Of a stretch of 64,000 nucleotides of DNA, positions 16,988 to 27,893 are shown one piece after another (positions within the stretch are counted from its first letter, which is position 1; each line of letters opens with the position of its first letter). A program made the position numbers and the translations under genes. The DNA lies in assembly GCA_005809105.1 (NCBI GenBank), contig SYLI01000021.1, positions 245-64,244 on the forward strand. Direction: 5' to 3'. The notes below the pieces were generated by a model. That model searched no databases. It was not told the origin of the DNA and saw nothing but the letters and a program-made list of their open reading frames with translations. Source of the DNA: Verrucomicrobiales bacterium. Lineage in GTDB: Bacteria; Verrucomicrobiota; Verrucomicrobiia; Limisphaerales; UBA1100.

Positions 16988-18457
16988 TCAGGCGAGAATG
17001 GCCCGGATGGGGTGCTGCTCCTCGACGCCGGTGAGGCGCTGGTCAAGCCCCTGGAATTTGTAGCTGAATCGCCGGTGGTCAATTCCCAGGCAGTGCAGGA
17101 TCGTGGCGTTGAGGTCGTTCAAGTGCACCGGGTCCTTCACGATGTTGTAGCTGAAATCGTCCGTCTGACCGTGCGTGGTGCCACCACGGATGCCGCCGCC
17201 GGCCATCCAGATGCAGTAGTTGCGCGGGTGATGGTCGCGCCCGTAATTCTCGCGCGTGAGCGTGCCCTGCGAATAGACCGTGCGGCCGAATTCACCGCCC
17301 CAGATCACCAGTGTATCCTCCAGCAGGCCGATGCGCTTTAAGTCCTCCAGCAGCGCGTGCACCGGCTGGTCGGTGGCCTTGCACTGGCGGGTGATGTCAT
17401 TGGGCAGATTGCTGTGCTGATCCCAGCCTCGGTGGTTGATCTGCACCATGCGCACGCCACGCTCGGCCAGCCGCCGCGCCAATAGCGCGCAATAGGCGTA
17501 GCTGCCCGGGGTGCCCACCTCCGGGCCGTACATCTCGCGCGTCTCCTTCGGCTCCTTGGAAAGGTCGATCAGCTCCGGGACGCTGGTCTGCATGCGAAAC
17601 GCCATTTCATACTGAGCGATGCGCGCCAGCGTCTCCGGGTCGCCCAGCCTCTGATGATTGAGCTCGTTGAGCTGATTGAGGCCATCAAGCATGTCGCGGC
17701 GTGTGGCACTGTCCACCCCGGGAGGATTCTTGATGTACAGAACCGGGTCGCCCTTGTCGCGCAGCACCACTCCGGAATGTTTGCTAGAGAGGAAGCCCGA
17801 ACTCCACATGCGCGTGAAGAGCGCCTGACTGGGGTTGGGCACAAACGGGGTGAGCACCACGAAGCTGGGAAGGTCGCCGTTGACACTGCCCAGACCGTAC
17901 GAAAGCCAGGAGCCCAGGCTCGCCTTGCCCGGCACTTCCGTGCCCGTCATCAGAAAGGTGCAGGCCGGATCGTGGTTGATGGCGTTGGTGTGCACCGAGC
18001 GGATGAGCGCGATGTCGTCGGTGTTCTTCGCGGTGTGGGGAAGCAGTTCACTCACCCACATCCCGCAGTCGCCGTGCTGCGAGAATTTGAACTTCGAGGG
18101 TGCCACCGGAAAGCGCTGCTGGCCGCTGGTCATCGTCGTCAGGCGCTGGCCCATCCGTATCGACGCAGGCAGTTCCTCATTGAAGTGCTTCACGAGTCCC
18201 GGCTTGTGGTCCCAGAGGTCGATCTGCGAGGGCGCGCCATTCATGTGCAGGTAGATCACACGCTTGGCCTTGGGGGCAAAGTGAGGCAACTCCGGCAGCG
18301 ACGGGTGCACCGCCGAACCGTAATTGCGCCCGCCGCCCGTTGCGGCGCGCAGACCAGAGGGCATCATGGCCATGGTGAGCGCACCCATGCTCAGCCCGGC
18401 GCCGGCAAAGAACTGGCGTCGGGATTGGTGCAGTGCAATTTCTTGGAGGGGATTCAT
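16988..18457 (-). CDS. DUF1501-family (sulfatase/alkaline-phosphatase-like) protein with TAT signal
   Basis: Start trimmed to the ATG at 18457 ([27 protein letters not shown]). This ATG lies 5 nt downstream of the stop of the PSCyt/DUF1553 gene. C-terminal ...GGEFGRT...GRDHHP motifs are typical of DUF1501. Confidence 0.85.
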   Translation of the reverse strand: MNPLQEIALHQSRRQFFAGAGLSMGALTMAMMPSGLRAATGGGRNYGSAVHPSLPELPHFAPKAKRVIYLHMNGAPSQIDLWDHKPGLVKHFNEELPASIRMGQRLTTMTSGQQRFPVAPSKFKFSQHGDCGMWVSELLPHTAKNTDDIALIRSVHTNAINHDPACTFLMTGTEVPGKASLGSWLSYGLGSVNGDLPSFVVLTPFVPNPSQALFTRMWSSGFLSSKHSGVVLRDKGDPVLYIKNPPGVDSATRRDMLDGLNQLNELNHQRLGDPETLARIAQYEMAFRMQTSVPELIDLSKEPKETREMYGPEVGTPGSYAYCALLARRLAERGVRMVQINHRGWDQHSNLPNDITRQCKATDQPVHALLEDLKRIGLLEDTLVIWGGEFGRTVYSQGTLTRENYGRDHHPRNYCIWMAGGGIRGGTTHGQTDDFSYNIVKDPVHLNDLNATILHCLGIDHRRFSYKFQGLDQRLTGVEEQHPIRAILA

Positions 18458-18462
18458 GGGCC

Positions 18463-21400
18463 TTAGTTCTTGGTCACCGTTTCGTCCAGGTTCAGGATCA
18501 GGTTCGCAATCATCGTGTACGCGGCCAGTTCCTGCGCTGGGAGTTCCGGCTTGGCGAGAGACTCGCCATACTTGAGCAGCTGCTCGGCAGCGGCCTTGTT
18601 CTGCGCGTAGCGCGCCAGCTGCCGATCGAGCGCCGCCTTCAAGATTGCCAACTCTGCGGGTGTGGGCGTGCGCGCTGTGGCGATGCGAAATCCCATCGCC
18701 AGCCGCCCTTCCGGCTGGGCACCGCCTTCGGTCAGCAGCCGCTGCGCCAGATTTCGCGCGGCCTCCATGTGCTGGATGTCGTTGAGAAGCTGCAACGCCT
18801 GCAGGGGCGTGTTGCTGCGGTCGCGTCGGGCGCAACTCTGCTCGCGGTTGGGGCCGTCAAACGTGGCCATGAAGGGCGGCGGGGCAGTGCGCTTGATGAA
18901 GGTGTAAAGACTGCGCCGGTACAGTGCCTCGCCGTGGTCCTGCACGTAATTGCGCGTGTTGCTGCTCTCAAATCCCACGGGCTCCCAGATGTTTTCCGGC
19001 TGATAGGGTTTGACACCCTTGCCGCCGAGTTTGGCCACGAGCAGCCCGCTGGTGAAGAGCGCGTTGTCGCGCAGCACTTCGGCATCGAGCCGGAAGCGAG
19101 GGCCGCGCGCGTAGAGGCGGTTGGCGGGATCGGCCGCGAGCGCCGAGGAGGTGACCCGCGAATCCTGCCGGTAGGTGGCGCTGGTGACGAGCAGGCGGAT
19201 CAGCGCTTTGGTGTCCCAACCCGACGCGACAAAGTGCCGCGCCAGCCAGTCCAGCAGTTCGGGGTGAGAGGGCGCCTCGCCCTGCGAACCAAAGTCGCCG
19301 CTGGTTTTCACCAAGCCCATGCCGAAGAGTTGCTGCCAGTAACGGTTCACCGCCACACGCGCCGTGAGCGGATGTTTTTCAGACATCATCCAGCGGGCCA
19401 AATCCAGCCTCGTGGGGTTGTTCGTGCTGGGCAGGGGCGGAAACACCGCAGGAACATTGCGGCCGACTTTTTCGCCAAGCTTGTTGTACTGGCCGCGCAC
19501 ATGCACAAACGTTTCGCGCGGCGCGGCCATTTCAGCCATCACCAAGGTGCTTGGTGCGGCCTTGTCCACTACGTCTCGCTTGTCCTGTGCATCCTTAAGC
19601 TGTGCCTTGGCCTGCGCGAGCACCGGCTGCGCAGCCGCATTGGCGACTTCGAGGTAGTGATCCAGCACGGTTTTCTGTTGCTCGGGGCTGCGCTTGGCTG
19701 CCGCGATTTTCAGAGCATTCTTGACGGGCGCGGGAAGGTCCTTGTTGTTTTTGATCTGTCGCTCCCATGCGGCCAGCGACCGCGCGGGGTCTTCCAACGG
19801 ATTGGTGATGGTGGTGATGCCGGCCTTGTCCCACGAGGCAGTGCCTCCGAATTGCGTGAAGGCCATTCCGTCAATTTTCGTTCCGGCGGCCAGACCCAGC
19901 TTGCTGGCGGAGATTTCCAGACGCACCCATTCGCCAACCTTGGGGAGGGGGCCCATCTGAAGTTTCTGCGTGGTGCCCTTCTGGCCATACGGGATGGCGT
20001 CGGCATCGCCCCAGTTGCCGCGGTGGTTCCAGCCGCCGATGTGGAATTGCAGCATCACGGCTTTGGGGGGATTGATGAGGTCCAGAAAAACGTACGCAAA
20101 GAGCTGGTCATTGGCGCCCACGACCAGCGGCTGGGTTGCGCTGGTGAAGAAATCCTGAGCCACCCCCGCGGCGGTTCGCTGGATGAATTTGCTTCCGGAG
20201 AGAGGCTTTAGGCCCGCGCCGGCCTCGGCAAACTTGAGCGGCTGAGTGTTGGGGTTCACGGCACCCTTGGCGCCAGCGGGGAATTCGTCGTCCACCCACA
20301 CGCGCTCCACGGGATCAGGCTTCGCATCGGGCGCCACCACGGGCTCGGCATATTTGATGGTGGCGATCGCCGCCGCGAGCTGCTGTCGGGCGGCGGCTAT
20401 CTTCTTGTCCAGCTCCTCCAGCTGCTGCTTCTGGTCGGGCGTGGCGAGTTTAAGAACCGGCGGAGTGAGGAGGATGTTGCCGTCCATCGCGGGATCGGCG
20501 GTGCTGTGGAAGAAAGAGAAGAGCGAGTAGAATTCCTTCTGCGAAATGGGGTCAAACTTGTGGTCGTGGCAGACGGCACAGCCCGCCGTCAGGCCCATCC
20601 ACACGGCGACCGTTGTGTCGGTGCGATCCACCGCGTACCGGAAGACGAATTCCTCGTTGATGGATCCGCCCTCGCTCGTGGTGACATTGCAGCGGTTGAA
20701 GCCCGACGCCACAATCTGATCGGTGGTGGCATTGGGCAGCAGGTCGCCAGCGATCTGCCATGTGGAAAATTGGTCGAAGGGCAGGTTCTGGTTGTATGCC
20801 TGAACGACCCAATCGCGATACGGCCAGATGGATCGCTCGTTGTCCAGATGCAGCCCGTGCGTGTCGCCGTAGCGGGCAAGGTCGAGCCAAAAACGGGCCA
20901 TGTGCTCGCCATAGCGGGGCGACTTCAGCAGGCGGTCCACCGCCTTTTCGTAAGCGTCGGGCGCAGCGTCGGCCAGGAATGCGTCGAGTTCAGCCAGTGT
21001 GGGCGGCAAGCCGGTAAGGTCGAAGCTCACGCGGCGCAGCAGGGTGGGCTTGTCGGCTTCGGCTGCGCTTGAGAGTTTCTGTGATTCGATGCGTGCGGCA
21101 ATGAACTGGTCCACCGGATTGCGCGCCCAGCGGGACTGGGCCACTACCGGCGGCGCGGGATTTGCCGGCGCAATGAACGCCCAGTGGGACTGATACGGGG
21201 CGCCTTCTTCGATCCAGCGCTTGATCACTGCCACCTGTGCGGCCGAGAGCGCCACGCCATGTTCGGGCGGCGGCATCTGCTCGCGCTTGTCGGTGTGGGT
21301 GATGCGCTTAAAGAGTTCGCTCTGCGCCGGATTCTTGGGTGTGATGACGCGTCGCCCGCCCTCACGAGCGGAGTAGATGCCTTCCTTCTCGTCCAGACGC

Positions 21401-21570
21401 AGTTTTCCCTTTCGCTTCTGCTCGTCGGGGCCGTGGCAGGCAAAGCAGTGGTTGGAGAGAATGGGACGCACCTCGCGGGCGAAATCCACCAGAGCCGCGC
21501 CTCGCGCAGGTGCATTCTGCAGCGCGACCAGGCACAGCCACACCCAAAGCGTCCGTTTCGGCAATGTCAT
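18463..21570 (-). CDS. PSCyt1/DUF1549/DUF1553 (planctomycete cytochrome c domain) protein
   Basis: Signal peptide; heme-binding CFACHGP near the N-terminus; 1035 aa; DUF1549/DUF1553-type architecture; immediately upstream of a DUF1501 gene (the classic pair). Confidence 0.85.
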   Translation of the reverse strand: MTLPKRTLWVWLCLVALQNAPARGAALVDFAREVRPILSNHCFACHGPDEQKRKGKLRLDEKEGIYSAREGGRRVITPKNPAQSELFKRITHTDKREQMPPPEHGVALSAAQVAVIKRWIEEGAPYQSHWAFIAPANPAPPVVAQSRWARNPVDQFIAARIESQKLSSAAEADKPTLLRRVSFDLTGLPPTLAELDAFLADAAPDAYEKAVDRLLKSPRYGEHMARFWLDLARYGDTHGLHLDNERSIWPYRDWVVQAYNQNLPFDQFSTWQIAGDLLPNATTDQIVASGFNRCNVTTSEGGSINEEFVFRYAVDRTDTTVAVWMGLTAGCAVCHDHKFDPISQKEFYSLFSFFHSTADPAMDGNILLTPPVLKLATPDQKQQLEELDKKIAAARQQLAAAIATIKYAEPVVAPDAKPDPVERVWVDDEFPAGAKGAVNPNTQPLKFAEAGAGLKPLSGSKFIQRTAAGVAQDFFTSATQPLVVGANDQLFAYVFLDLINPPKAVMLQFHIGGWNHRGNWGDADAIPYGQKGTTQKLQMGPLPKVGEWVRLEISASKLGLAAGTKIDGMAFTQFGGTASWDKAGITTITNPLEDPARSLAAWERQIKNNKDLPAPVKNALKIAAAKRSPEQQKTVLDHYLEVANAAAQPVLAQAKAQLKDAQDKRDVVDKAAPSTLVMAEMAAPRETFVHVRGQYNKLGEKVGRNVPAVFPPLPSTNNPTRLDLARWMMSEKHPLTARVAVNRYWQQLFGMGLVKTSGDFGSQGEAPSHPELLDWLARHFVASGWDTKALIRLLVTSATYRQDSRVTSSALAADPANRLYARGPRFRLDAEVLRDNALFTSGLLVAKLGGKGVKPYQPENIWEPVGFESSNTRNYVQDHGEALYRRSLYTFIKRTAPPPFMATFDGPNREQSCARRDRSNTPLQALQLLNDIQHMEAARNLAQRLLTEGGAQPEGRLAMGFRIATARTPTPAELAILKAALDRQLARYAQNKAAAEQLLKYGESLAKPELPAQELAAYTMIANLILNLDETVTKN

Positions 21571-21701
21571 CGTTGTCTAGGCTAGGAATCCAGCAGGGAG
21601 CATACAAGCCCGGAGTTTTTGACTGGCGCCTTCGAACGCCGATTCACCTCCATGGCGCTATTGTGCCGCGGCGAACAAGCTGGCACGCTCACCATTGTCG
21701 G

Positions 21702-23114
21702 ATGAATCCTTCGGAACGTGCCATGGCCTTGGCCGCTTCGCCGAGGCGTTCGCGGCGCGAGCTTCTTCGCGTCGGCTCGCTGGGCTTGTTGGGACTGTCT
21801 TGGGCGGGCCTCTTGCGCGGTCAGGCGGCCGCGCCGTCAAAGAGCGATGGATTTGGCCGCGCCAAGCGTTGCATCCTGCTTTTCATGTGGGGTGGCCCGG
21901 CGCATCAGGACACTTGGGACTTGAAGCCCGACGCGCCGCGCGAATTTCGTGGGGAATTCCGGCCCATTCCCACGGCCGTGCCGGGCATCCATATTTGCGA
22001 ACACTTTCCAAAGCTCGCCCGCCAAATGAGCCGGCTGTGTCTGGTGCGGTCGATGACGCATGACAACGGCGACCACACGGCGGCCACCAGTTATCTGCTC
22101 ACCGGCCAGCCGCCGGTGCGTGGCGGCGCGCTGCGCGAGCAATGGCCCCACATGGGCTCGGTGCTGGCGCAACTGGGCCGTGGCCGCGGCGCTCTGCCCC
22201 CTTTCGTTTCAATGCGGCCCAAGCTGGAGAATGACGTGCCTCGGTTTGTGGAGGAGAGCCAGGGCCAGTTTGCCGGCTGGCTGGGCGCCGCGCATGATCC
22301 CATGACCATTGATGCCGACCCCAGCCGCGCCGGCTATCAGGTTGCGGAGCTTGCGCTGCAGCCGGAGCTGAGCCTGCGCCGTCTGGCCGGACGACGCGAC
22401 CTCCGCGACGCGCTCGACCGGCGTCTGGCACACGCCGCCCCCGCCTTCGCGTCGCAGGACTCCCATTCGCGACGCGCCTACGAACTTTTAAGCGCCGCCG
22501 CCAGTGAGCGCGGCGCGTTCAATCTGGAGGAAGAGCCGCTGCGTTTGCGCGAGCGCTACGGGCTGCACCCGCACGGCCAGTCTGTGCTGCAAGCCCGGCG
22601 GCTCGTGGAGCGCGGCGTTCCGTTGGTCACGGTCTTCTGGCCCAATGACGGCACCAAAAACGTGAGCGTGTACTGGGATACGCACAGCCGCAATTTTTCA
22701 GACCTCAAGACGCGCCTCATGCCGCCGGCCGATCAGGCTTTCAGTGCGCTGCTTGATGACCTGCACGAGCGCCGCATGCTTGAGGACACGCTCGTGATCT
22801 GGACGGGCGAATTTGGTCGCACGCCGCGCGTGGGCCAGCGATCCAGTGATGCCGGTGCCGGTGCCGACGGACGCGACCACTGGGGCGGCTGCTTCACCTC
22901 CGTGCTGGCCGGGGCGGGCGTCAAGGGCGGGTTTGTGTACGGCAGCAGCGACAAGACTGCGGCGTATCCCGCGGAGAATCCTGTCGCGCCGCGCGACCTC
23001 ATCGCGACGGTGTACCATTTGATGGGCGTGCCCGAGGGACAGGTGCTGGCCGACATGGCAGGGCGCCCCCAGTTCGTGCGGCCCGGCAGCGCCCTGCGCG
23101 AATTGCTCGCCTAG
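21702..23114 (+). CDS. Second DUF1501-family protein with TAT-like signal
   Basis: Start trimmed to the ATG at 21702 (MNPSERAMALAASPRRSRRELLRVGSLGLLGL). Motifs GEFGRTPR and GRDHWG. Divergent from the PSCyt/DUF1553 gene. Confidence 0.8.
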   Translation: MNPSERAMALAASPRRSRRELLRVGSLGLLGLSWAGLLRGQAAAPSKSDGFGRAKRCILLFMWGGPAHQDTWDLKPDAPREFRGEFRPIPTAVPGIHICEHFPKLARQMSRLCLVRSMTHDNGDHTAATSYLLTGQPPVRGGALREQWPHMGSVLAQLGRGRGALPPFVSMRPKLENDVPRFVEESQGQFAGWLGAAHDPMTIDADPSRAGYQVAELALQPELSLRRLAGRRDLRDALDRRLAHAAPAFASQDSHSRRAYELLSAAASERGAFNLEEEPLRLRERYGLHPHGQSVLQARRLVERGVPLVTVFWPNDGTKNVSVYWDTHSRNFSDLKTRLMPPADQAFSALLDDLHERRMLEDTLVIWTGEFGRTPRVGQRSSDAGAGADGRDHWGGCFTSVLAGAGVKGGFVYGSSDKTAAYPAENPVAPRDLIATVYHLMGVPEGQVLADMAGRPQFVRPGSALRELLA

Positions 23115-24775
23115 CCGCGGGGTGTGGCGAGAAGGGCTTTTGCGTGACGGCGCGCCGCGTCGGACTTGCCGCCCAGCATGCGTGTGAGCTCCTCCACGCG
23201 CGCGTCCTCATTCAGCGCGTCGATGTGGGCGCTGGTGCGGCCCTCCTTCACACGTTTGGTCACGACAAAGTGAGTGTCGGCCGCCGCCGCCACCGGTGCC
23301 AAGTGGGTGATGCACAACACCTGCCGCTTGCGCCCGATCTGGCGCAGCTTGGCTCCCACGACATGCGCGGTTTCTCCGCCGACGTTGGCGTCCACCTCGT
23401 CGAACACGAGCACGGGAATCTCATCCTCGGCCGCCAGCACCGTTTTAAGCGCGAGCATCACCCGCGACATTTCACCGCTGGAAGCGATGGCGCGCAGCGG
23501 CCGCGCCGCCTCACCCGGGTTGGGTGCAAACTCAAACTCCACGCGATCGGTGCCCGTGAGCGTGGCGTCGGTGGGCTCCAAGGCGATGGCGAAGTGGCAC
23601 TGCGCAAAGCCCAAATCGGCCAGCTGGCGTTGGACCGCCTTGGAGAGGCGGGGAATGAGCGTCCTGCGTCGTGCCGTCAAGGCTGCGCCGGACTCGTTGA
23701 GCCTCACCTCAATGGCGGCCAGCTCGCCATTGAGCCGCGCCAGTTCGGCGTCGCGCGATTCCAACGTAGCAAGACGGGCGCGGGCATCGTCGCCAAACGC
23801 AATCACCTCGCCCAGAGTGGTGCCGTACTTTCGTTTAAGCGACTGGATGAGGCTCAGGCGCGCGTCCAGTTCGGCGAAGCGGGCCGGGTCGATCTCCACC
23901 CGATCAGCGTAGCGGGAGAGTTCTTGGTGCAGCTCGCGCAACTGCGCGGCGGCCTGCTGCTGGCATGCAAGCAGCGGTGCTGCGCCAGCATCGTGTTGGG
24001 CAATCGCCTGCAACGCGCGGCCCAGTGCACCGGATTGGTCGAGCAGCGAGGGTTCGCGCCCATCGAGAATGCCCAAGGCTTCCTGCGCGAGTTCCAAAAG
24101 CCGTGCGGCATTACCGGCGCGCGCGTGCGCTTCCAGCAGAGCGGCCTCCTCGTCGGCCCGTAAACGGGCACCCTCAATCTCTTGGGCCTGATGGCGCAGC
24201 ATATCCAGTTGCTGCGCGTAGGTGCGCTCATCCACGATGAGTGCGGCCTTGTCGTGCTCGTGGGCTTGCCGCTCTTGCAACAACGCAGCAAAGGCTGCAC
24301 GCGTAGATTCCAACGAGCCAAACGCGTCGAGGATGGCGAGCTGCTTGGCGGGATGGAGCAGCGACTGGTGATCGTGCGGGCCGTGGATATCCACCAGCCG
24401 GTCGCCCAGCGCAGCGAGCGTTTGCAGTGTGGTCGGCGAGCCGTTGATGAACTGACGGTTGGCGCCTGCGGCAGAGAGGGTGCGCTTGAGCGTCAACAGT
24501 CCTCCGTCACAAGGTTCCAATCCATGTGCCTCGAGAAACGCGCCAAGCCAGGAACCCAACGCCCCAGCCTCCAGCGTGGCCTCCACGGCGCAATGATCGG
24601 CACCGGTGCGGATGAGCGTGCGGTCGGCGCGCTGGCCAAGCACGAGATTGAGCGCACCAATCAAGATGGACTTGCCCGCACCCGTTTCGCCGGTGATGAC
24701 ATTGCAGCCCGGGCGCAGCTCCAGGGTGAGGTCGGTGACGATCGCGAGGTTCTTTATCCGCAGCGTCGCAAGCAT
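23111..24775 (-). CDS. recN: DNA repair protein RecN
   Basis: MLATLRIKNLAIVTDLTLELRPGCNVITGETGAGKSIL (Walker A); coiled-coil middle region; C-terminal SGGE signature (ASSGEMSRVMLAL) and Walker B (VLVFDEVD). Confidence 0.95.
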   Translation of the reverse strand: MLATLRIKNLAIVTDLTLELRPGCNVITGETGAGKSILIGALNLVLGQRADRTLIRTGADHCAVEATLEAGALGSWLGAFLEAHGLEPCDGGLLTLKRTLSAAGANRQFINGSPTTLQTLAALGDRLVDIHGPHDHQSLLHPAKQLAILDAFGSLESTRAAFAALLQERQAHEHDKAALIVDERTYAQQLDMLRHQAQEIEGARLRADEEAALLEAHARAGNAARLLELAQEALGILDGREPSLLDQSGALGRALQAIAQHDAGAAPLLACQQQAAAQLRELHQELSRYADRVEIDPARFAELDARLSLIQSLKRKYGTTLGEVIAFGDDARARLATLESRDAELARLNGELAAIEVRLNESGAALTARRRTLIPRLSKAVQRQLADLGFAQCHFAIALEPTDATLTGTDRVEFEFAPNPGEAARPLRAIASSGEMSRVMLALKTVLAAEDEIPVLVFDEVDANVGGETAHVVGAKLRQIGRKRQVLCITHLAPVAAAADTHFVVTKRVKEGRTSAHIDALNEDARVEELTRMLGGKSDAARRHAKALLATPRG

Positions 24776-24801
24776 CGCAATAGATTGGCGCTCACTCTGC
24801 C

Positions 24802-25617
24802 GTGTCTGCTAGCGTCCCGCAAAAGAAAATCCCGATGGCATTCGCGTTCACTTTTCTCGGCACAGGCACGTCTCAGGGAGTTCCGGTCATCGGGGGTGAG
24901 TACCCGGCGGCGTTTCTGTCCAATTCCAAAAATCACCGCACCCGCTCATCCATCTATGTGGAGACCGACGCGGTGCGGCTTTTGGTGGACACGACGCCGG
25001 ATCTGCGCACTCAAGCCCTACGCGAAGGCATCCGCCGCGTGGACGCGGTGCTCTTTACTCATTCGCACGCAGACCACGTGATGGGGCTAGATGACTGCCG
25101 CCGGTTCTGCGAGATGAACGGTCGGCCCATGCCCGTGTATGCCGATCCGCGCACGATGGCGGACCTGCGGCGCGTGTATGACTACGCGTTCGACCCAGGC
25201 CCCAAGCCACACGGCTACTTCGTGCCCGAGCCGCACAAAATCACCGGCGTGTTCACCGTGGGTGACCTGCAAGTCACGCCGCTGCCGCTTCCCCACGGGC
25301 GCATGGGATCCACGGGTTTCCTTTTCACGCAGGCGGGCGTCGCGCGCCTGGCCTACTGCAATGATTGCAAGGAGGTGCCTGCGCCGGTGGTGGAGTTGAT
25401 CCGTGGAGTGGAAGTGGCCGTGCTTGACGCGCTACGTCCGCAGCCACACTGGACCCACATGAGTCTGGACGAAGCACTGACGGCCGCGCGGCGCATCCAA
25501 GCCGCTCGTACGTACCTGACTCACTTGACGCACTTCTACGACCACGACGCCAGCCAGGCCGAGTTGCCCGGCGGGGTGTGGCTGGCGTGGGATGGCCTGC
25601 GCGTGCAGGGCGGCTAG
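24802..25617 (+). CDS. MBL-fold metallo-hydrolase (PhnP-like phosphodiesterase family)
   Basis: [13 protein letters not shown]...; HSHADHVMG (HxHxDH). An alternative start ATG at 24835 (MAFAFTF) is possible. Confidence 0.75.
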   Translation: MSASVPQKKIPMAFAFTFLGTGTSQGVPVIGGEYPAAFLSNSKNHRTRSSIYVETDAVRLLVDTTPDLRTQALREGIRRVDAVLFTHSHADHVMGLDDCRRFCEMNGRPMPVYADPRTMADLRRVYDYAFDPGPKPHGYFVPEPHKITGVFTVGDLQVTPLPLPHGRMGSTGFLFTQAGVARLAYCNDCKEVPAPVVELIRGVEVAVLDALRPQPHWTHMSLDEALTAARRIQAARTYLTHLTHFYDHDASQAELPGGVWLAWDGLRVQGG

Positions 25618-25650
25618 GGCAGGGCGGCGGTTCCCATTCTCACTACGCCA

Positions 25651-26700
25651 CTACGCGCCCATCGCGTCCTCGAAGGAACCGGCGGCAATCGGAAAGCAGA
25701 GGTGGTCGCGCACGTAGGCGATTCCATCGGCGCTCGTGGCGTCGCCGTCGCGGTAGTTGCTCTCCGCCTCCACGATGAGCGGCGCGGAGGTCGCGTGCAT
25801 TGCCTCGCAGTAGCGCTTGGGATAGCCGATGTGGATCAGCGTCTCCGCATAGCGCGTCAGATTCAAGTCGCCCGTGGCCAGATCGGTGAACTGCATCGCA
25901 CGGCGGCGCCAGTTGCCCTCCATCTTGCGCAACGGCACCCCGGCGTGAAGGGTGTAGTTCTTCACGTGACAGGCCATGACGCGGTCGCGAACGGCAGGGT
26001 GGGTGAAGCGCGTCTCCCAGTCCTCGCCCTCCCAGCAGTGCGAGGGGTCGGCGTTCACCGCCAGGCACTTGTCGCCATCGCAGAGTTCCACCAGCAATCC
26101 AAAGTCTTCCGCGCACGACGCGGCCGTGCCCGGATGGATTTCATGCGCGAGATAAATCCCAAGCTGGTTGGCGTGCTCGCGCAGCCGACGGGTCTTTCCC
26201 GCAAAACGCTCCCGGCCCTCCTTCATCAGGTCGTAGCCCGGCCCCGCCCAGAATCCCCACGGATAGCCGGTGGCCAGTTCCCATCCGAAGGCGACGCCCC
26301 AGAACATGGGCATCACTTTCGCATCGAGCTCCGCCGCCAGATCCATCAGGCGCAGCAGATAATCCTCGTACCACTTCTCCAGTTCCTTGGGGGACTTGGC
26401 CTGGTTGGGACCGTGGATGAAAGGATGGCCGCTCTTGGTGCCGCTCCACACGCTGGTGTGAACCCAGAAGGGACAGTGCGCGGAAATGCCGTCGAGGTGC
26501 AGGCCGTGCTTTTCAAACGCCTCGCGGATTTTTTTTGCCGGCTTGAACTTCGCGCCGTCGGAACCGTCAGCCTCAATCATGTAGTTCGAAGGCTGCGCGC
26601 CGCCCGCGCCGGACTTCTTGGCAAATGCCAGGAATTTGTCCAAGCCCTTGGGACCGTGCTGCGCGCCTTCGAGGCTGGAATGAAACGTCGATTTGGCCAT
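25651..26700 (-). CDS. Xylose isomerase-like TIM-barrel protein (sugar phosphate isomerase/epimerase family)
   Basis: Start trimmed to the ATG at 26700 (MAKSTFHSSLEG...). The 120 upstream codons of the track ORF are R/P/S-rich junk. 349 aa; HEIHPGT and other family-like motifs. Confidence 0.65.
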   Translation of the reverse strand: MAKSTFHSSLEGAQHGPKGLDKFLAFAKKSGAGGAQPSNYMIEADGSDGAKFKPAKKIREAFEKHGLHLDGISAHCPFWVHTSVWSGTKSGHPFIHGPNQAKSPKELEKWYEDYLLRLMDLAAELDAKVMPMFWGVAFGWELATGYPWGFWAGPGYDLMKEGRERFAGKTRRLREHANQLGIYLAHEIHPGTAASCAEDFGLLVELCDGDKCLAVNADPSHCWEGEDWETRFTHPAVRDRVMACHVKNYTLHAGVPLRKMEGNWRRRAMQFTDLATGDLNLTRYAETLIHIGYPKRYCEAMHATSAPLIVEAESNYRDGDATSADGIAYVRDHLCFPIAAGSFEDAMGA

Positions 26701-26821
26701 GGTGACGGTTTTTGGTTCGATGGGTGCGGGATGAATACCGGGGAACCACGCCAAGGGCAAAACAAATTTGGTTGCCCTCTGAGGATTGGCAGGGCCAGTG
26801 GGAGATGAAGCAAAATAGGAG

Positions 26822-27790
26822 CTACGGCTTGGATCGCGCAGCCTTGATCTTGGCGCGCTCGGCTTCAGCGTTGATGCGGATCCACGAATGCCAGCCCTTC
26901 TCGAACATGGCGACACCGCTGGGCCACTTGGAATTGAGCGTGACGGCAAACGCTGCTTCCGGGGGTGTTGACGATACCTGACTGCGGTGCACGGCTTCGG
27001 CCATGATTTCCTGCGGCCAGTTGACCCCCGCGCGCTCGCCCGACTTGATAAAGAAATCAAACACCGACCAGCCGATGTCGTAGCCCATGCCGATGTCGCC
27101 GCCGAACATTTTTTCCCACACCTTGTAATCGTCAGAGATCAGATACTTGGTCATGTCGGGAAGCTTGCCCTCGGATCGAAGCTGATCGAGCTTGAGCCAG
27201 CGCATCTGCTGATCGCGCCCCACGGGCAGGAGCTCTCCGGTCTGCGAATTCTGCTTGAGCCATGCCGGTGCCTCGCCCAGCCAGTCGGCGCTGCCTTCGA
27301 TCATCCAAAAAGGCAGCTGGCCAAACATGGCATCCATGATGGCGTGGCAGCCTTCGTGTTGCATGGTGGGAAGAAGCCGCCAGGCCGCCTCCTGCCGCCA
27401 CGTGACGATCTCCTTTCCGCGCGGGCTGAAGTAGCCCAGCATGCGCTTGTCGATTTGCTTGTTGTACTTCTGCACGGAGTACTTCTCGTAGTCCTCAAAG
27501 CGGCCGAACACGCGGTAGCGGATGACAAAGGCGCTGGGGACTCGCTGGCGAAACGCCTGTTGATGGGCCGAGACGAGATTGGTGAGCCCGTAGTTCACCG
27601 CGTAAATCATCTCGGGCTTGAGATCATAATCATGCACGGCAAACTTGGCCAGTCCCGTGCCTCGAAAGTCTTCGCCCCGCAACATCTCACGGGTGATTTC
27701 AGCCGCCTCTACCGGCCTCCCCAATCCCAGTTGAAGCAACGCCAGTGCAAGGCAGAAGAAAACCTGCTCAAAACGCTTGCGGGGTGACAT
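26822..27790 (-). CDS. Secreted HExxH protein, DUF1570-like putative MA-clan metallopeptidase domain
   Basis: Start trimmed to the ATG at 27790 (MSPRKRFEQVFFCLALALLQLGLGRPVEA signal). Motif QHEGCHAIMDAMFGQLPFWMIEGSADWLGE (HExxH ... EG.A). Confidence 0.55.
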   Translation of the reverse strand: MSPRKRFEQVFFCLALALLQLGLGRPVEAAEITREMLRGEDFRGTGLAKFAVHDYDLKPEMIYAVNYGLTNLVSAHQQAFRQRVPSAFVIRYRVFGRFEDYEKYSVQKYNKQIDKRMLGYFSPRGKEIVTWRQEAAWRLLPTMQHEGCHAIMDAMFGQLPFWMIEGSADWLGEAPAWLKQNSQTGELLPVGRDQQMRWLKLDQLRSEGKLPDMTKYLISDDYKVWEKMFGGDIGMGYDIGWSVFDFFIKSGERAGVNWPQEIMAEAVHRSQVSSTPPEAAFAVTLNSKWPSGVAMFEKGWHSWIRINAEAERAKIKAARSKP

Positions 27791-27893
27791 GAGTCGATTC
27801 AATCCTCTGGGCCGAACATCGCGCAGAAGGACGCGGGTGTAAAGGCTATAGAGGCCCATGCCGCAGAGGTCCGCTCGTCGCAATGCAATCCTC

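Noticed and set aside
18458-18835. N-terminal extensions of track ORFs (16988..18835; also 21510..21701, 26701..27060, 54030..54164, 29862..30128, 59626..59697, 61902..62117, 43288..43389)
   Set aside because: The extended parts overlap the upstream gene or are Arg/Pro/Gly-rich junk. In each case an internal ATG directly precedes a TAT signal, signal peptide or conserved N-terminal motif, and it sits in an operon-typical junction with the neighbouring gene.
18433-20211. 592-aa plus-strand ORF antisense to the PSCyt/DUF1553 gene
   Set aside because: Same GC-driven antisense artefact (Arg/Gly/Ala/Leu-rich, no motifs). The minus-strand product has the CxxCH heme site and the family architecture.
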